From contig CM041465.1 of assembly GCA_023213395.1 (NCBI GenBank), forward strand, positions 144,591,741-144,655,740: 64,000 nt of DNA, written 5' to 3'. Both the position numbers and the translations under genes were made by a program. Each line of letters starts with the position of its first letter. Position 1 is the stretch's first letter. A model generated the notes under the pieces. It was not told the origin of the DNA. It saw nothing but the letters and a program-made list of their open reading frames with translations, and did no database searches. The DNA comes from Cycas panzhihuaensis. Taxonomy: Eukaryota; Plantae; Cycadophyta. This document shows, piece by piece, positions 38,622 through 50,965 of this stretch.

Positions 38622-41600
38622 TGTAAAAATCCTTTGAAGAGGAACAAATTCACTCTCTCAATATATTTTATTGATGATACGTTGTACATATATATACAAG
38701 TACAAGGTGGGTACAATTGGCAACCGCTCAACCATATAACGCCACTTGTCATCTTGAGAAAGGAGAGAAAGGGGGTACATGACCCTTACATTAAATATTA
38801 TAACCTAAGGTAAACCATTACCTTTTACACCCCCTCTTAATGTTTCACCTATCTTAACCCTAGTAGGTTTCTAAAAGCACTGAATTTCTCTTTCCCAAGA
38901 GGTTTAGTGAGCATATTAGCAATTTGATCTTCTGACGGACAATGCTGAAGTTCAATTTCTTTATTCTGTACCTTTTCCCTGATAAAATGATGATGTACTT
39001 CGATATGCTTTGTTCTGGCATGTAAAACAAGTTTTTTCGTCATTTTTATGGTACTTTGATTGTCACAAAATATTCGAGTAGACATTGTTTGTTCTTCTCC
39101 TAGTTCTTTTAGTAGTTGTCTAATCCATATCCCTTCACAAGTGGCATTGACTGTTGACTTGTATTCTACTTCTATTGATGACAATGCAAACGTTAACTGT
39201 TTTTTACTGCTCCATGAGATCAAGGATTTTCCAAGGAAGAAACAATACCCTGATGTTGACTTTCTATCTGTTTTGTCTCCAACCCAATCTGAATGACAGA
39301 GACTTGTTAATTGTGTGTTAGTTTCTTTATCATATCTCAAGCCAAGATTCATGGTTCCCTTCAGGTAACGCAAGATTCTTTTTGTAGCATTCCAATGTGG
39401 GATTTTAGGATTTTCCATGAATCTGGAGATCAACCCTACAGCGTATGATATGTCTGGTCATGTGGCTGTGAGATAGATTAAGCTTCCAACTAGTTGTCTC
39501 AGACATGTGACATCAATCAAGTCGCATCCTACTCGCAATCAACACAATCCTCGCTTCCATTGTGTGTCGACACTATTATAATTCTCCATTCCAAACTTGG
39601 TCAACAAGTTCTTTACATACTTTGTTTGTGAGAGAGTAATGGAAGAATTGTTTTGTTTAAGTTCTATTCGAAGGTAGTAATACATCATTCCTAAATACGT
39701 CATTTCAAATACCTTTTCAAACTTATCTTTGATAATTGCTGTTGAATTTTTGTCATCTCCAAAGGATCGATGTCGTCCACATATACTACAACAATGGAGA
39801 TAGATCCTGAATTACTTTTTACATACAGACTATGATCAGATTCACATCGATGAAAACCATTTTCTGTTAAGTATGAGTCTAATTTAGCATACCAAGCTCT
39901 TGGAGCTTGTTTAAGCCCATATAGTGCCTTCTTCGGTTTGCAAACCATATTTTCCTGTCCTGCTTTTATGTATCCTTCTGGTTGATACATATATACCTCT
40001 TCTTGAAGGTCTCCATTCAAGAACGCACTTTTGACGTCCATTTGATAGATTTTCCAACCTTTTTTGGTAGCAAGAGCAATCACTGTTCTTACCGTGTTCA
40101 ATTTTGCCACAGGTGAAGACGTTTCTTCATAATTGATTCCTGCTGTTTGAGTATAGCCTTTTGCTATCAGTCTTGTCTTGTAGTTTTTTACTTCTCCATT
40201 TGGCTTCTCTTTTATCTTGTATTACCCATTTGCAGTTTACAATGGGTTTGTCTTCTGGAATTGGGACGAGGTCCCATGTCTTGTTCTTTTGTATGGCTTC
40301 AATTTCAGCATCCATTGTAATTCACCAATTTTGAAAACTATTGACTTCTTTATAAGAGTTTGGTTCAATGGAGCAAAGTAAAGCCTGAGGTTTCTGTGAT
40401 CTTGTTCGATGTTCAAATATATCTCCTCTTGTTTCTTCAAGAGTTTTAAGATACCACCTTGGTACTTTTTTTTAGGTGCATTCTTGTAATGATTTTTCTT
40501 CATCTCTGGAGTTAGAGCTGATGTCTGATTCGAGGTTGCAACTACTGGTTAGTTGCTTATCTGGATTCTCATTTTCTGAAAAATCTTCTCCTGACTCCAT
40601 TCTTTCTAAAGTTATATCTGACTTGTCTTCCAACTGGTCATGACATATATCCAAATGATCTTCATCAATCTGTATTGCTGTATCAATGTTTCCCTTTTTC
40701 TCGTCAAAAATTACATCCCTGCTGACATAAAGCTTATTTGTTTTTGGATCTATGCACCTGTAAGTTTTTGAATGGTTGCTATATCCAACCATTATGCATT
40801 CAATACTTTTATTATCTAATTTGACTCTCTTCTTGTCTGGAATATGAACATAGGCCTTGCAGCCAAATATTTTCAAATGGCTTACATCAGGTTTGTGTCC
40901 TGACCAAGCTTCTTCAGGAGTTATATTGTCTAAGGACTGAGTAGGGCTTCTGTTGATCAAATATGCAGCTGTATATACAACTTCTGCCCAATATTTCTTT
41001 GCTAAATCTTTACTATTTAGCATGCAACGGGCCATTTCTACAATTGCTCTATTCATTCTTTCTGCTACTCCATTGAATTGAGGTGTATATGGAGTTGTGA
41101 ACTGTCTTTGAATTCCATATGTTTTGCAGAAATGAATAAATTCATTATACATAAACTCACCACCTCTATCGGAACAAACACATTTTATCCTTTGACCGCT
41201 TTCCAATTCACTTGCTACTTTAAATTCTTTAAAATATCCAAATGTTTTTTATTTATTAGATAGAAAGTACACCCAAACTTTCTGGAAAAATCATCAATGA
41301 AGGTCAAGAAATACCTTGATCCATTTGTCGAGATGGGCGAAAAAGGACCACATAGGTCGGTGTGTATTAATTCCAATTTGCATTGTGCGCGCCGTGTACT
41401 CTTTGAAAATAGAGTTCTGTGTTGTTTTCCCATCATACAACTTTTACATATAAAATGGTTAAATGAGATATCTGGTAGACCATTCACCATGTTATATTTT
41501 TTAAATCTTTCTAATCTATCATGAGAGATATGACCATACTTCAAATGCCAAGTTTCATTATTATCACATATCTGCAAAGAAAAGCTTTTACATCAGAAAT

Positions 41601-43887
41601 CATTTTGGTGAGGCCTTTGTCAGGTATTACAGGAGTTGAAAGGAGTTTATACAACCTGTTGCATTTTTCTCCTTTAGCTATAACTGTCTCATTTCTTTTC
41701 ATATCAAGAATATAACAATATCCATGTTCATCGAATATTATTCTTAACTTTTTATCACTCAATTGTGAAACTGACAGAAGATTCTTTTTAATTCTAGGTA
41801 CAAAAAAGACATTGCCAATACGTTGAATCTTTTCGTCGATGCATATGGCGATTTGTCCTATTCCCCTTATAAGGGAAAATTATCTCCTAGCTCAACAGAT
41901 GTGTTGCATTCATAGGGTTTGATGATTTCAAACCATTCTTTGACTCATGTCATGTGATGTGAGGCACCCGAGTCTATATACCAGTTTTTTGTTGCGCTTG
42001 CATTTGTCGCTGTACGCAATAAAGGCAGTTTCAATTTCTTCTTCTGGTATGTCCTCTTCTTTGCTATAATTTCCAAATACCTGTTGTTTTCCTTTTTGCA
42101 GTTCTGCACATTTCTGGTAGCACTGATAGGGGTAGTGACCTATTTGGCCACAGTGATAACAAACATCAAAAGCTCTACAATTACTTGAGAAGTGACCCGA
42201 TTTTCTGCAGTTAAAACATACTCTCGCATCTCGAGGTGGATTGTTGAACATTCTTCCTCGTCCTCTTCCTTTCGTCAACGTCCCTTGTGATTTACTGTTG
42301 TTCTTCCTCTTGATCTGGGATTAAATTGTCCTCTTCCTCTGCCTCCTATCTGAAGTTTCGAAATGAGAGCACCTTCAATTTCTGACTCTTCTTCGTACCT
42401 TTGATTTCTCTGCTCTTGTGCATACATATGTCCTGTGAAAGTGTCAAAAGACATCAGGGTCAGTATGTCCACCTCCTGTCAACATATTCACCATGTTATC
42501 AAAGGACTTTGGAAGTTTATTGAGCACTAGATGAATTAGTTCTGTGTTTGTTAGCTTCTCTCCTACTGTGAGAAGGGCAGTTTTAATGCTACTTAACTTG
42601 GTTAAGAAATCTGACACAGTTTGTCCCTCTCCCATTTTCAATTTGTAAAGCTCCTCTTAATGCCACAATTCTGGCTTCATTTTTCTTGCTAAACATCGAA
42701 GTCATAACTTTCCATATTTCATTTGCATTTTCTGGACCATCTACATAAACTAGCAATGAGTCAGAAATCGAGAGTTTGAGGACTGACACAACAACATTGT
42801 TCCTTTCCTCCCAACTAGTCAAATCTGTTGTGTTGGCAGGTTGTTTTTCATCCCCAGTAGTGATTTTTCAGGCCCGTTTTGCTCTCAACAATCCTTCAAT
42901 CTTGATTTTCTAGACACTAAAGTTCATTTCAGTAAGTTTCTCACTTTCATTTAGTGAACCAGTAGAGGAGGCCATTATTAAGGGCAATTGGGAACAAAAA
43001 CATTGAATTTAACTATTTGTATGGCCTCACATTTTAATTCCATACTAAGATGCAGTTGTACAGAATAAGACGAAAAAGGTCTTAAAAGAAAAAGCTCGCA
43101 AATGGGTATCTAGATCTATGATTGCTTTCTTGAATGAGCTTCAGATATGAGAGAAAAAGCCAAACGAAGGAGAAAATCCGTGCCCAAGGATTTTTGCCTT
43201 TTTTTGAAAAAAACTTCAGAAAAAACTCTTCGAATCTATGCAAGGAATCACTGAAAATCTTCGTCTAGGGATTAGAAAGGATTTAAGTACTTGTACCAGG
43301 GATTTTGACTGAAATTTTTTGAAAAAATCGCTGAGAGAAGGCTCGAAACCTGCGTGCCTGTTCTGTGGCCTGAAACTGGGTCGAAATGATTCCGAATGAT
43401 GTCGTCGCAGAAGAGAAAGATGTAGAGGAGGCTTCCATCTTTGATCTGGGTAAATTTCATCGAATTCTGATGACTTCGATTTTTGACTAGTATAAGACCG
43501 CATGCAGTCTCCAGATAATCTCAAAGAAAAGCCGTACGATTCTTCTTTCAACTTGGCCTGGACAATTTTGTCTTCACACAACAGATTCTTGTAATAACTG
43601 TCTGTCTTCTTCTCCGTTTAATGAATCCCAGATTTGCTTCTTCACAGGCATGAGGACCAAAGGGCCTGCTCTGATACCATGTAAAAATCCTTTGAAGAGA
43701 AACAAATTCACTCTCTCAATATATTTTATTGATGATACGTTGTACATATATATACAAGTACAAGGTGGGTACAATTGGCAACCGCTCAACCATGTAACGC
43801 CACTTGTCATCTTGAAAAAGGAGAGAAAGGGGGTACATGACCCTTACATTAAATATTATAACCTAAGGTAAAACATTACCTTTTATA
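38622..43887 (-). mobile_element. Ty1/Copia element D (same family as C) nested in the gag of F
   Basis: 208-bp LTRs 38622-38829 and 43680-43887 (about 5 differences). TSD TGGAT at 38617-38621 and 43888-43892. PBS TGGTATCAGAGC 43668-43679. PPT 38830-38838. Confidence 0.96.
38849..42975 (-). pseudogene. gag-pol: gag-pol of D
   Basis: Gag homologous to C with two CCHC knuckles, SDRGGEF integrase, YQMDVKSAFLNGDL and VYVDD RT, RNase H DRKSTSGY..HARTKHIEV..DQIANMLTKPL. Confidence 0.95.
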
Positions 43888-44799
43888 TGGATTTCTCTAA
43901 GTTGAATTTTTTCAATAAGAATTTAGTTCCCTTAAGGCTTCGACTTGCTTGGTCATCTACAATATTCACGTCTTTCTCAATCTCTTCCTCTTCTTTTAAG
44001 TGTTTTTGAGGGCCCAAGTCTTTTTTTCGAGCATAGGGAATATTTGATATCTGTTTTTAAATCCATGAACTGGTTTTGAAGTAGGGCTATATTGTTGTTA
44101 ACCTGATCCACTCGTTTGGATACATCTGCCACTTACTTGGAGGTTTGAAGCACCATTTTGCTAGAAGTAGTTGTCTTCCCTGATCTCAATTTCGTTATGA
44201 GGGGAAAAAAAAATTCGAGTGGAAACTTCTCCAAATCCCACTTCAAAACAAAGCTTTGATACCACTTATAGTGAGAATTACGGATGGGCTGGAAAATAGT
44301 ACACAATTCTTCCTAAAAATACTTACATTGAACCAAAATATCAACCACTAAAAACAAATTGCAGTTGCAAATAAGTTAAAAATAGCAGTCCAAAACTAAG
44401 TAGTGATAAAGCCAAATATCATATAATTGATGAACAAATTATATATACAGTGATGCTCAAAATAATCAAGTGATGAAGTTGGAGTATAATCCCTCTTTGA
44501 GGTGAGGTTCCATTCGAAAGTGCACCCTAAGAGCCAAAGTTTACAACAATGATAATAGCTTGGATGATAATCTTAAAAATGCCCAACAACTTATTTACGT
44601 AGTTCTTCAACTAACTCCCAAATTAACCAGTCAGAACACCTTATGAAGTTGGCCAAAACAACTGGGAAGAACTTTATACTTATATTCAAGTTAGTTTTCT
44701 AGCCATGTTGGAAGTCAACGAAATTGAGGGGCTTGTTACAAAAGGTATCATCGAATATTAGGTTCTATTACATGAAGGACTCCATAGGAACCAAATAGT

Positions 44800-47700
44800 A
44801 AAGGTATAAATCTTGGAATTTTGGTTTGATTTTTAGTTTGAAGAGGAGCCTTGTGGATTGATTATGTGAAAGGAAAATTTGGCACCCCTATACATTTGAT
44901 GGTATAAACTTTCCCTTCATGAATATACTTAAGTTTACTGAATAATGAAGAACAAACATCTTTAATTTGATTGAGCCAAGGACGATCCAACAAAAAATTG
45001 TAATCAAGACCACTTTCAATGAGAGTGATTTTGCAATTAACTATTTTATCTTCAGTTGAAATAGTAATTGTGATGACCCCTAAATGTTTTGTATTTGAGT
45101 TATCAAAACCCTGACAGTCCCAAGAGACTATCTCGTAAGCTTGAATGCCAAGAAGCAACATTTTAATTATGTGGGCATCACATTAATGGATGATCCATCA
45201 TCAACCAAAATGTAATAAAGTTGGAAATCTCTAATTTCAATTGAAATGAAGAAAAGAGATAAAGAGTTTATAGCTTTTTAGCTCTTTAACGGGAGTGTGG
45301 TAGCATCATAAGGTAATAATTGGTTTAAGTTCTCTTGCATGAAGATTCATATATCTGATTTTTAAGTCTTCCAAAAGTTGTTGAGTTTGGTCAGGGCAAG
45401 AATGTAAGATATCTAACACAGAGATTTTAGTCGTGATACTCTATAATCCATCTAGTATAGAGGACTTACCTTTAGCATTACGTGAGAGAGGTTGACTACA
45501 ATCAAAATGCATTTTGGCATCTTAGGAAGATTGGGCATTCGAGGGTTTTGAGAAGAAGAACCTTCTTCCAAAACTTGTGTATTTTTTGTTGTAGTGAGAG
45601 AAACAATTGTATCAACCATGCTAATGATCCTTTCCCCTTTATTTGTAAGAGGAAGGTCTTTTTCAAAAGGGATTGCTTGTTCATTACTGAGCAAAGGGTT
45701 TAGTTATTTAGAAGATGTAAAAGGAGCTTTGGTTTTAGGTGATTGATTAGGAGAATTATCGTTTCTTTGTCTCTAGGGTTGTCTCCAACTATTGTAATTG
45801 TTATGATTAGGAAATGGATCTTTATAAATTGGTTGATCCTAATTAAATCTTATTTGAGATTGTCAATGGAGTTGGAACTTCATCTCTAAAAGAGTCTGAT
45901 GAGTGTGCACCACCAACCAATATAATCTTCAAGTGGAGGAATGCATCTTTTAGCAAGAGTGATTCGTTGAGATGAATCTTTTTTATTTGTGGCATTTTGA
46001 GAACTAATACCCAATTTATGCTCTATGGTGCATAGTGCTAATGTAACAATGTCAAGCAACTTCTTTTGTGTGAGAGGCTTGGGATCCTTCAAAGGTTTGA
46101 GTTTGTCCTTGTAAGCAAAAGGTTTTGGGACGAGTTTGATACTAGCAAGCAAGAGCCTTGTTAAAGGCATCCTAATAACAAGTTGGATTCATCTTTAACA
46201 CCTCAAAGTGGAGTTGTAGCCTACAAGCATTAAAAAATAATTTAACAAGAAGACTATCAAGGTAGTCACACTTGGAGACAAAGATTAAATCTTGAAACCA
46301 TTTTACAAATTTGAGACAAATCTTGTTAATACTTTGTTTAGTGGATAAGAGAGTTTTAGTACTTAGATTGCAAGGTTTCCTATATCGAAATACATCATAA
46401 AGTGACCACCAAGCTGCTAGAAAGTATAGATAGACCGTGAAGGCAAGTGATAAAACCACTTTAAGAGCGTCACTAGAAAGCAATCAACGAAACAAGAGCA
46501 AAGAATATTATTGTTCTGTTGCCACAATGAGTATGCCAAGTAAATGGCATAGACATGTCTTTGTGAACCGTCTTGAGTGCCCTCAAAGTGAGGTGATGAA
46601 GGGATGAAAAGGGAAAGATCAATGATGAGAATATGCATCATAAATAGGCTATTCATATAATCTGCATAAGATCTATAAATGCCTTGAGTGAGAGCAGTCA
46701 CACCTGTGGTAGGGTATGAAATGTTTGGCACTACTAGATTACTTCCTTATGGAGGAAACCCAAGAGGTGGATTTTGATGAGCAAAGGTCAGTTGTGAAAC
46801 ATTCATATTAGAATAACCAATTTGAACACCTTGCGTAAGAGGGTTCACAGATGGGTTGGATTGTGAGGGTGGAAAAATGGAACCAACCTAAGGTTGGGTT
46901 TAATGAATTTGATAGGACTGCGAATCAGCATAGACATAATGAAAGGATTAATTGATATATATCCCCACGGGGTTTTGTGCTAAAACATTTTGCAATGAAG
47001 CAGGTTGAGGTAAGGGACTTAGAATTGCTTGAAAGGATGGGCTAATTTAAAGACCTAGATTGTTGAGCCATGATAAAAGCATTTGAAATTTGCATCAATG
47101 TTGTCTTGAGGGTTTTAATAAAGTTCCAACTTGAGGGTTTGTCACTTGAGCTAAGAAAACACCAAAGTCTTGTAGTGCTTGGGTCGAACTAGTTGGCATT
47201 ATGGTAAAACACTTGCGATGGGACCTATTGAAAGTTTGGTTGGTGAATTTGTTGGGATACAGGTTGGGATCCCAACTGAAGCAAAACCAACCAATGCTGA
47301 ATGAACCAAAAGGTGTACTTTGCATCAAGGGGAGAGGGATAGGAACAATAAGACCAAAACTTTGAGCTTCTAAAGATTGTAATATATAATAAGATTAGTC
47401 CAATTGGAAGAAATAGATCCACAACTAGACAATTGATAGAGACTCAAGGATTGGGTTATAAGTGGAGTGGGACCTAATCTTGAGGTAGGGTTCTATGAGG
47501 GAGGTTCAATGTTTAGCAATGGTCACATGAGAAGTGTAGAACTAGCCAAAGGAGTTTGTGTGTGAGGGGTAGGAGGTTTCTCAAAGGGACACACCAACTC
47601 TACCACTCGAGAGGATAATGCAAAGTGTTGTGAAGTGGATGAGCCAACATCTTCTTTTGAATTGAATTGTCTAGTTAGTTCATGGCAAGGGGTCCCTTGG

Positions 47701-47822
47701 TCAGAAACATCCTCTATGAAGATATTTTCCTCAAGAGGACTAAAGGGACAGAGTCCACTTTCCATTATGATGACAGGGAACTTAGGAGGAAGCTCTCTAA
47801 GCCTATATGAATGACATACCAT
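44800..47822 (-). pseudogene. gag: Decayed gag-protease of E
   Basis: Gag-like CFVDCFLVTLLKWFYHLPSRSIYTF, protease ILVDDGSSIN (~45180-45210) and Tat/Ogre-type YNFLLDRPWLNQI..SSLFSKLKY. Confidence 0.75.
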
Positions 47823-49498
47823 AAAATAGAAACACTCAATTACGATACATGATTAGAGTGGAACGCAAATAATTGAAAAAGCGAGTGTAATTGTTTAGAG
47901 CAGACAAAATAGGCTTGTATAATGATGAAATGAACTTGCAAATTCTTTATTTTTCGCAAACTTTATTCATTAAATTGACTTTCAAGTAATTGACAGAAGT
48001 GGTTGTGTGACCACTCATTGTAGTGGTGTTTTGAGTCAAAATTTTGTCGATTTAAATAGATTACAGATTCAATGTCGTATGTATGAGATATGATCAAAAG
48101 AGCATAGACGTGAAAAAGTGAGTATGAGGGTGATTTAACATTTTAGCACTTGTTGTGCTTTTAGGGCAGGGTCGGTGATTGCCAACCTATGGCTAAGTGG
48201 CTAGGGACTGGATAGATTTGAAGTGTTTATCCAATTGGGTTTAATGTAACAATGAACTTTGAAAAAAAAAATGCCTAATTTTTTTTTCATCGTGTATGGT
48301 TTCATTGATTATGACTACAAATGAGTTGACAAGAAGTTTTTGAGTGAGTTCCAATCGATTTTCAGATTAGACCAATGCTAGATTGATCATAGAAGCTTCT
48401 AATTGACAGATTTGAAGATCTCAACAAGAAAAATGTGGAGAACAGATGGAATTTAGCCATCAATTTTACATGGAGACATGAGCTATTACGGGCATGCTTA
48501 ACGAGGTTGTAAAGTGAAAAATGCTGAATTTCAAAGCGATCTAAGAAATGAGATCATAAGGGATCAAAGCTAAATAACTTCTGATGAGCAAATCTACAAG
48601 CTAGGATTGGAAAAACAAAAAAACTCATAAATCACTGACATTTATTGCCTGCCATCCATGAAGAATGCGTGAGTTTATGACGAGCTATATGTTTAATTTT
48701 GGCAATTTAAGGACTAAACTTTGAGTGAGATGATCAAATGAAGGCAAATCTAATCCAAATCTGTGATAATGAAACTAGAGCAACCCCAAAAATGTAGAAA
48801 AAAATAGTGTTCATAATGATTGAGTCAAAAAAGACATGCATTGATAAAGTTTTGAGGGGTGTGTTCAACAATATTGTGGGATCTCAACTGAAAAAACCTA
48901 GAACATAGCAAAACCCACTATTGAACAATCACTATGAAGAATAGATGATCATTTTTATAATGTTATGGGCTCAAATAAAAAGCAGATTTGAAACATATAT
49001 GGAGTAGAAGATATCTCACATGGCTGTCTATGCCAAAATCTCAAGTGAAATAGACTAAATCAAGTGCCAAGTCCTTAATGAATGGAAGGCAAATGGTGAG
49101 TTTGAAAGCAAAATGGATGTGTGAAACCTTCCTGTGAAAGTTCGATAGGCTACACAAGGCTTGTGTAATGAAGAACATACATAGGGTTTTCTGTAAAAGC
49201 AGATTTCATAACACCCAAAGCCCACCATAAGTGAGCCCATTGATAGATGCTAGAACTACGAGTGTTTAAACAATAAGGAAAGTGGATTAATGGGTTTGTG
49301 TGGAGTTTGCAAGGATTTGTTTGTGGTGTGTTTGATGACTTTTGTTTTTCGAAAGCAATGTGTTGTCCAAAGGGTTTATTAAGCACGTTCAAGGGATTTA
49401 TGACATTTACGAGGTATGCTTATAAGGTGTGTTTAAGGTGCTTATTAGAGACAATAAGGGCAAAAGAGAAGGTGATTCCTCTAGTATGGCCACTAAAA

Positions 49499-50965
49499 TT
49501 TTTATTAGTAAAGGGTGCTTTGCTTCTTCTACCCAAGATGATACTTAAAATTGAGGTACATCTGAGAAGAAAGAGGCAAATCTTGCACTATAAGAACCAT
49601 GCATCCTATATATGGTGAAAAGGAAAGGTTCTTTACTCATAACATAATGTTCCTCTCTTTTGCCAAAGTAATCAAATAGGGCATGTTAAAGGCTCTTTTC
49701 CAATTTGTCATTCTATGCGAGCTTCAACTTGATGTATGTGTGTGCAACTCTTTTCCTTTCCAATCACAAGAGAATTACTAAGCACCCGTTAATTGTTAGA
49801 GGAACCCCAAATAAACCTGTGTGAAGACAATGCAAGGTTGCCTCAAGACAGGGATAAGGCATGTGTGTGTGTGGCTAATAGTCACTTAGCAAGTCTTTAA
49901 GGTGACAAGCAAGCAAGAAGAGAATAAGAAAAAAAAAAATGAAACAATAAAATAATGTGAGAGAGAATCAAATCAAACAGATAATTTTGATTCCACAAAT
50001 GATAATCAAAATGACTTGTGAAGGCACTTTATTTAAGCATTAGTAAGCAAGGGATTAAGATGGTGTGAATAGTTATCAATCAATCATGCGTCAAATATAC
50101 AAACCAAAAGAGGAGATTGTGAGAAGTAATTATAATGAAATGAAAAGGGCAAAGAGAGAATAAATTTCAAAACTTATTATGAAGTCATTCTTAAGGAACA
50201 ATGAGCACCAATTGAGTCATTTTCTAGGGATTTTTATGAAGCTAGCTTTGAGACGCCATGAAGGTGACCAATGGGAGAATATATAAATGTAAGAGGGGCA
50301 TAACTTTTTCATATGATGTTTGGCTTCAAACCATGACCACTTGTTTCGTACGTATTCAAAAAACTCTATGCAATGGACTATGTAGAACAATCAATTGCAT
50401 TTGAAATCAAAGTCAAAAATGCAAAAGAAGCATAACGTAAGTTGAAATGATAAAAGATGCTCGTGTTGACCAAAACAAATTGGTCAAAGGGGCATTAACT
50501 CGTGTTTAAGCCACATGATAGCTAATTCAAAAGGGTAATTACCCGATGTTTAACGTATCCAAGTTAACTCAAAAGAGTATGAGATCATGTCAATTCAAAA
50601 TGGTCATTTAGAGGAGCCAAAAGAAAGTGCGAAACAAAATAGACGAGAAGTTATCATAGAAAAATGTATCATGGCAATTATCATGTGTGTTGACTCCAAC
50701 TTGAAAATTGTGCCTCCGTAATGTGAGTGGCTATAGAGGAACATATCCCATTTTCATCATCAATAAGTGGGGGATGCAATATGCATAGGCAAACACTAAA
50801 TATTCAATTAAAATACAACATAAGGTAAAATAACAAGCAAATGTCAGCAATCAATTGCAATGTAAGACAAATGATAAGTAAAATATGCATATGTAATGAG
50901 AGAGAGAGATGAGTCATAACTAATATTCCTACATTGAGGAAAGGAGGCCCAAAATTAAGGAATTA
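49499..50965 (-). repeat. 5' LTR of E
   Basis: Homologous to 25441-26719 with an extra block at about 50200-50430. Confidence 0.85.

Larger units (their letters stand above)
28654..44740 (-). mobile_element. Ty3/Gypsy chromovirus F (Reina-like), host of G and D
   Basis: LTRs 28654-28978 and 44267-44740. TSD CAAGG/AAAGG (one mismatch). Decayed tRNA-Met PBS just left of 44267. PPT 28979-28992. Gag-PR-RT-RH-INT-chromodomain order. Confidence 0.9.
25441..50965 (-). mobile_element. Old Ty3/Gypsy Tat/Ogre-like element E (gag-protease only), host of F
   Basis: Diverged long direct repeats 25441-26719 and 49499-50965. TSD GATGG at 25436-25440 and 50966-50970. PPT-like AAGGAGGCAAA next to 26719. Decayed PBS-like sequence ~49478-49494. 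Gag and protease remnants. Confidence 0.85.
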
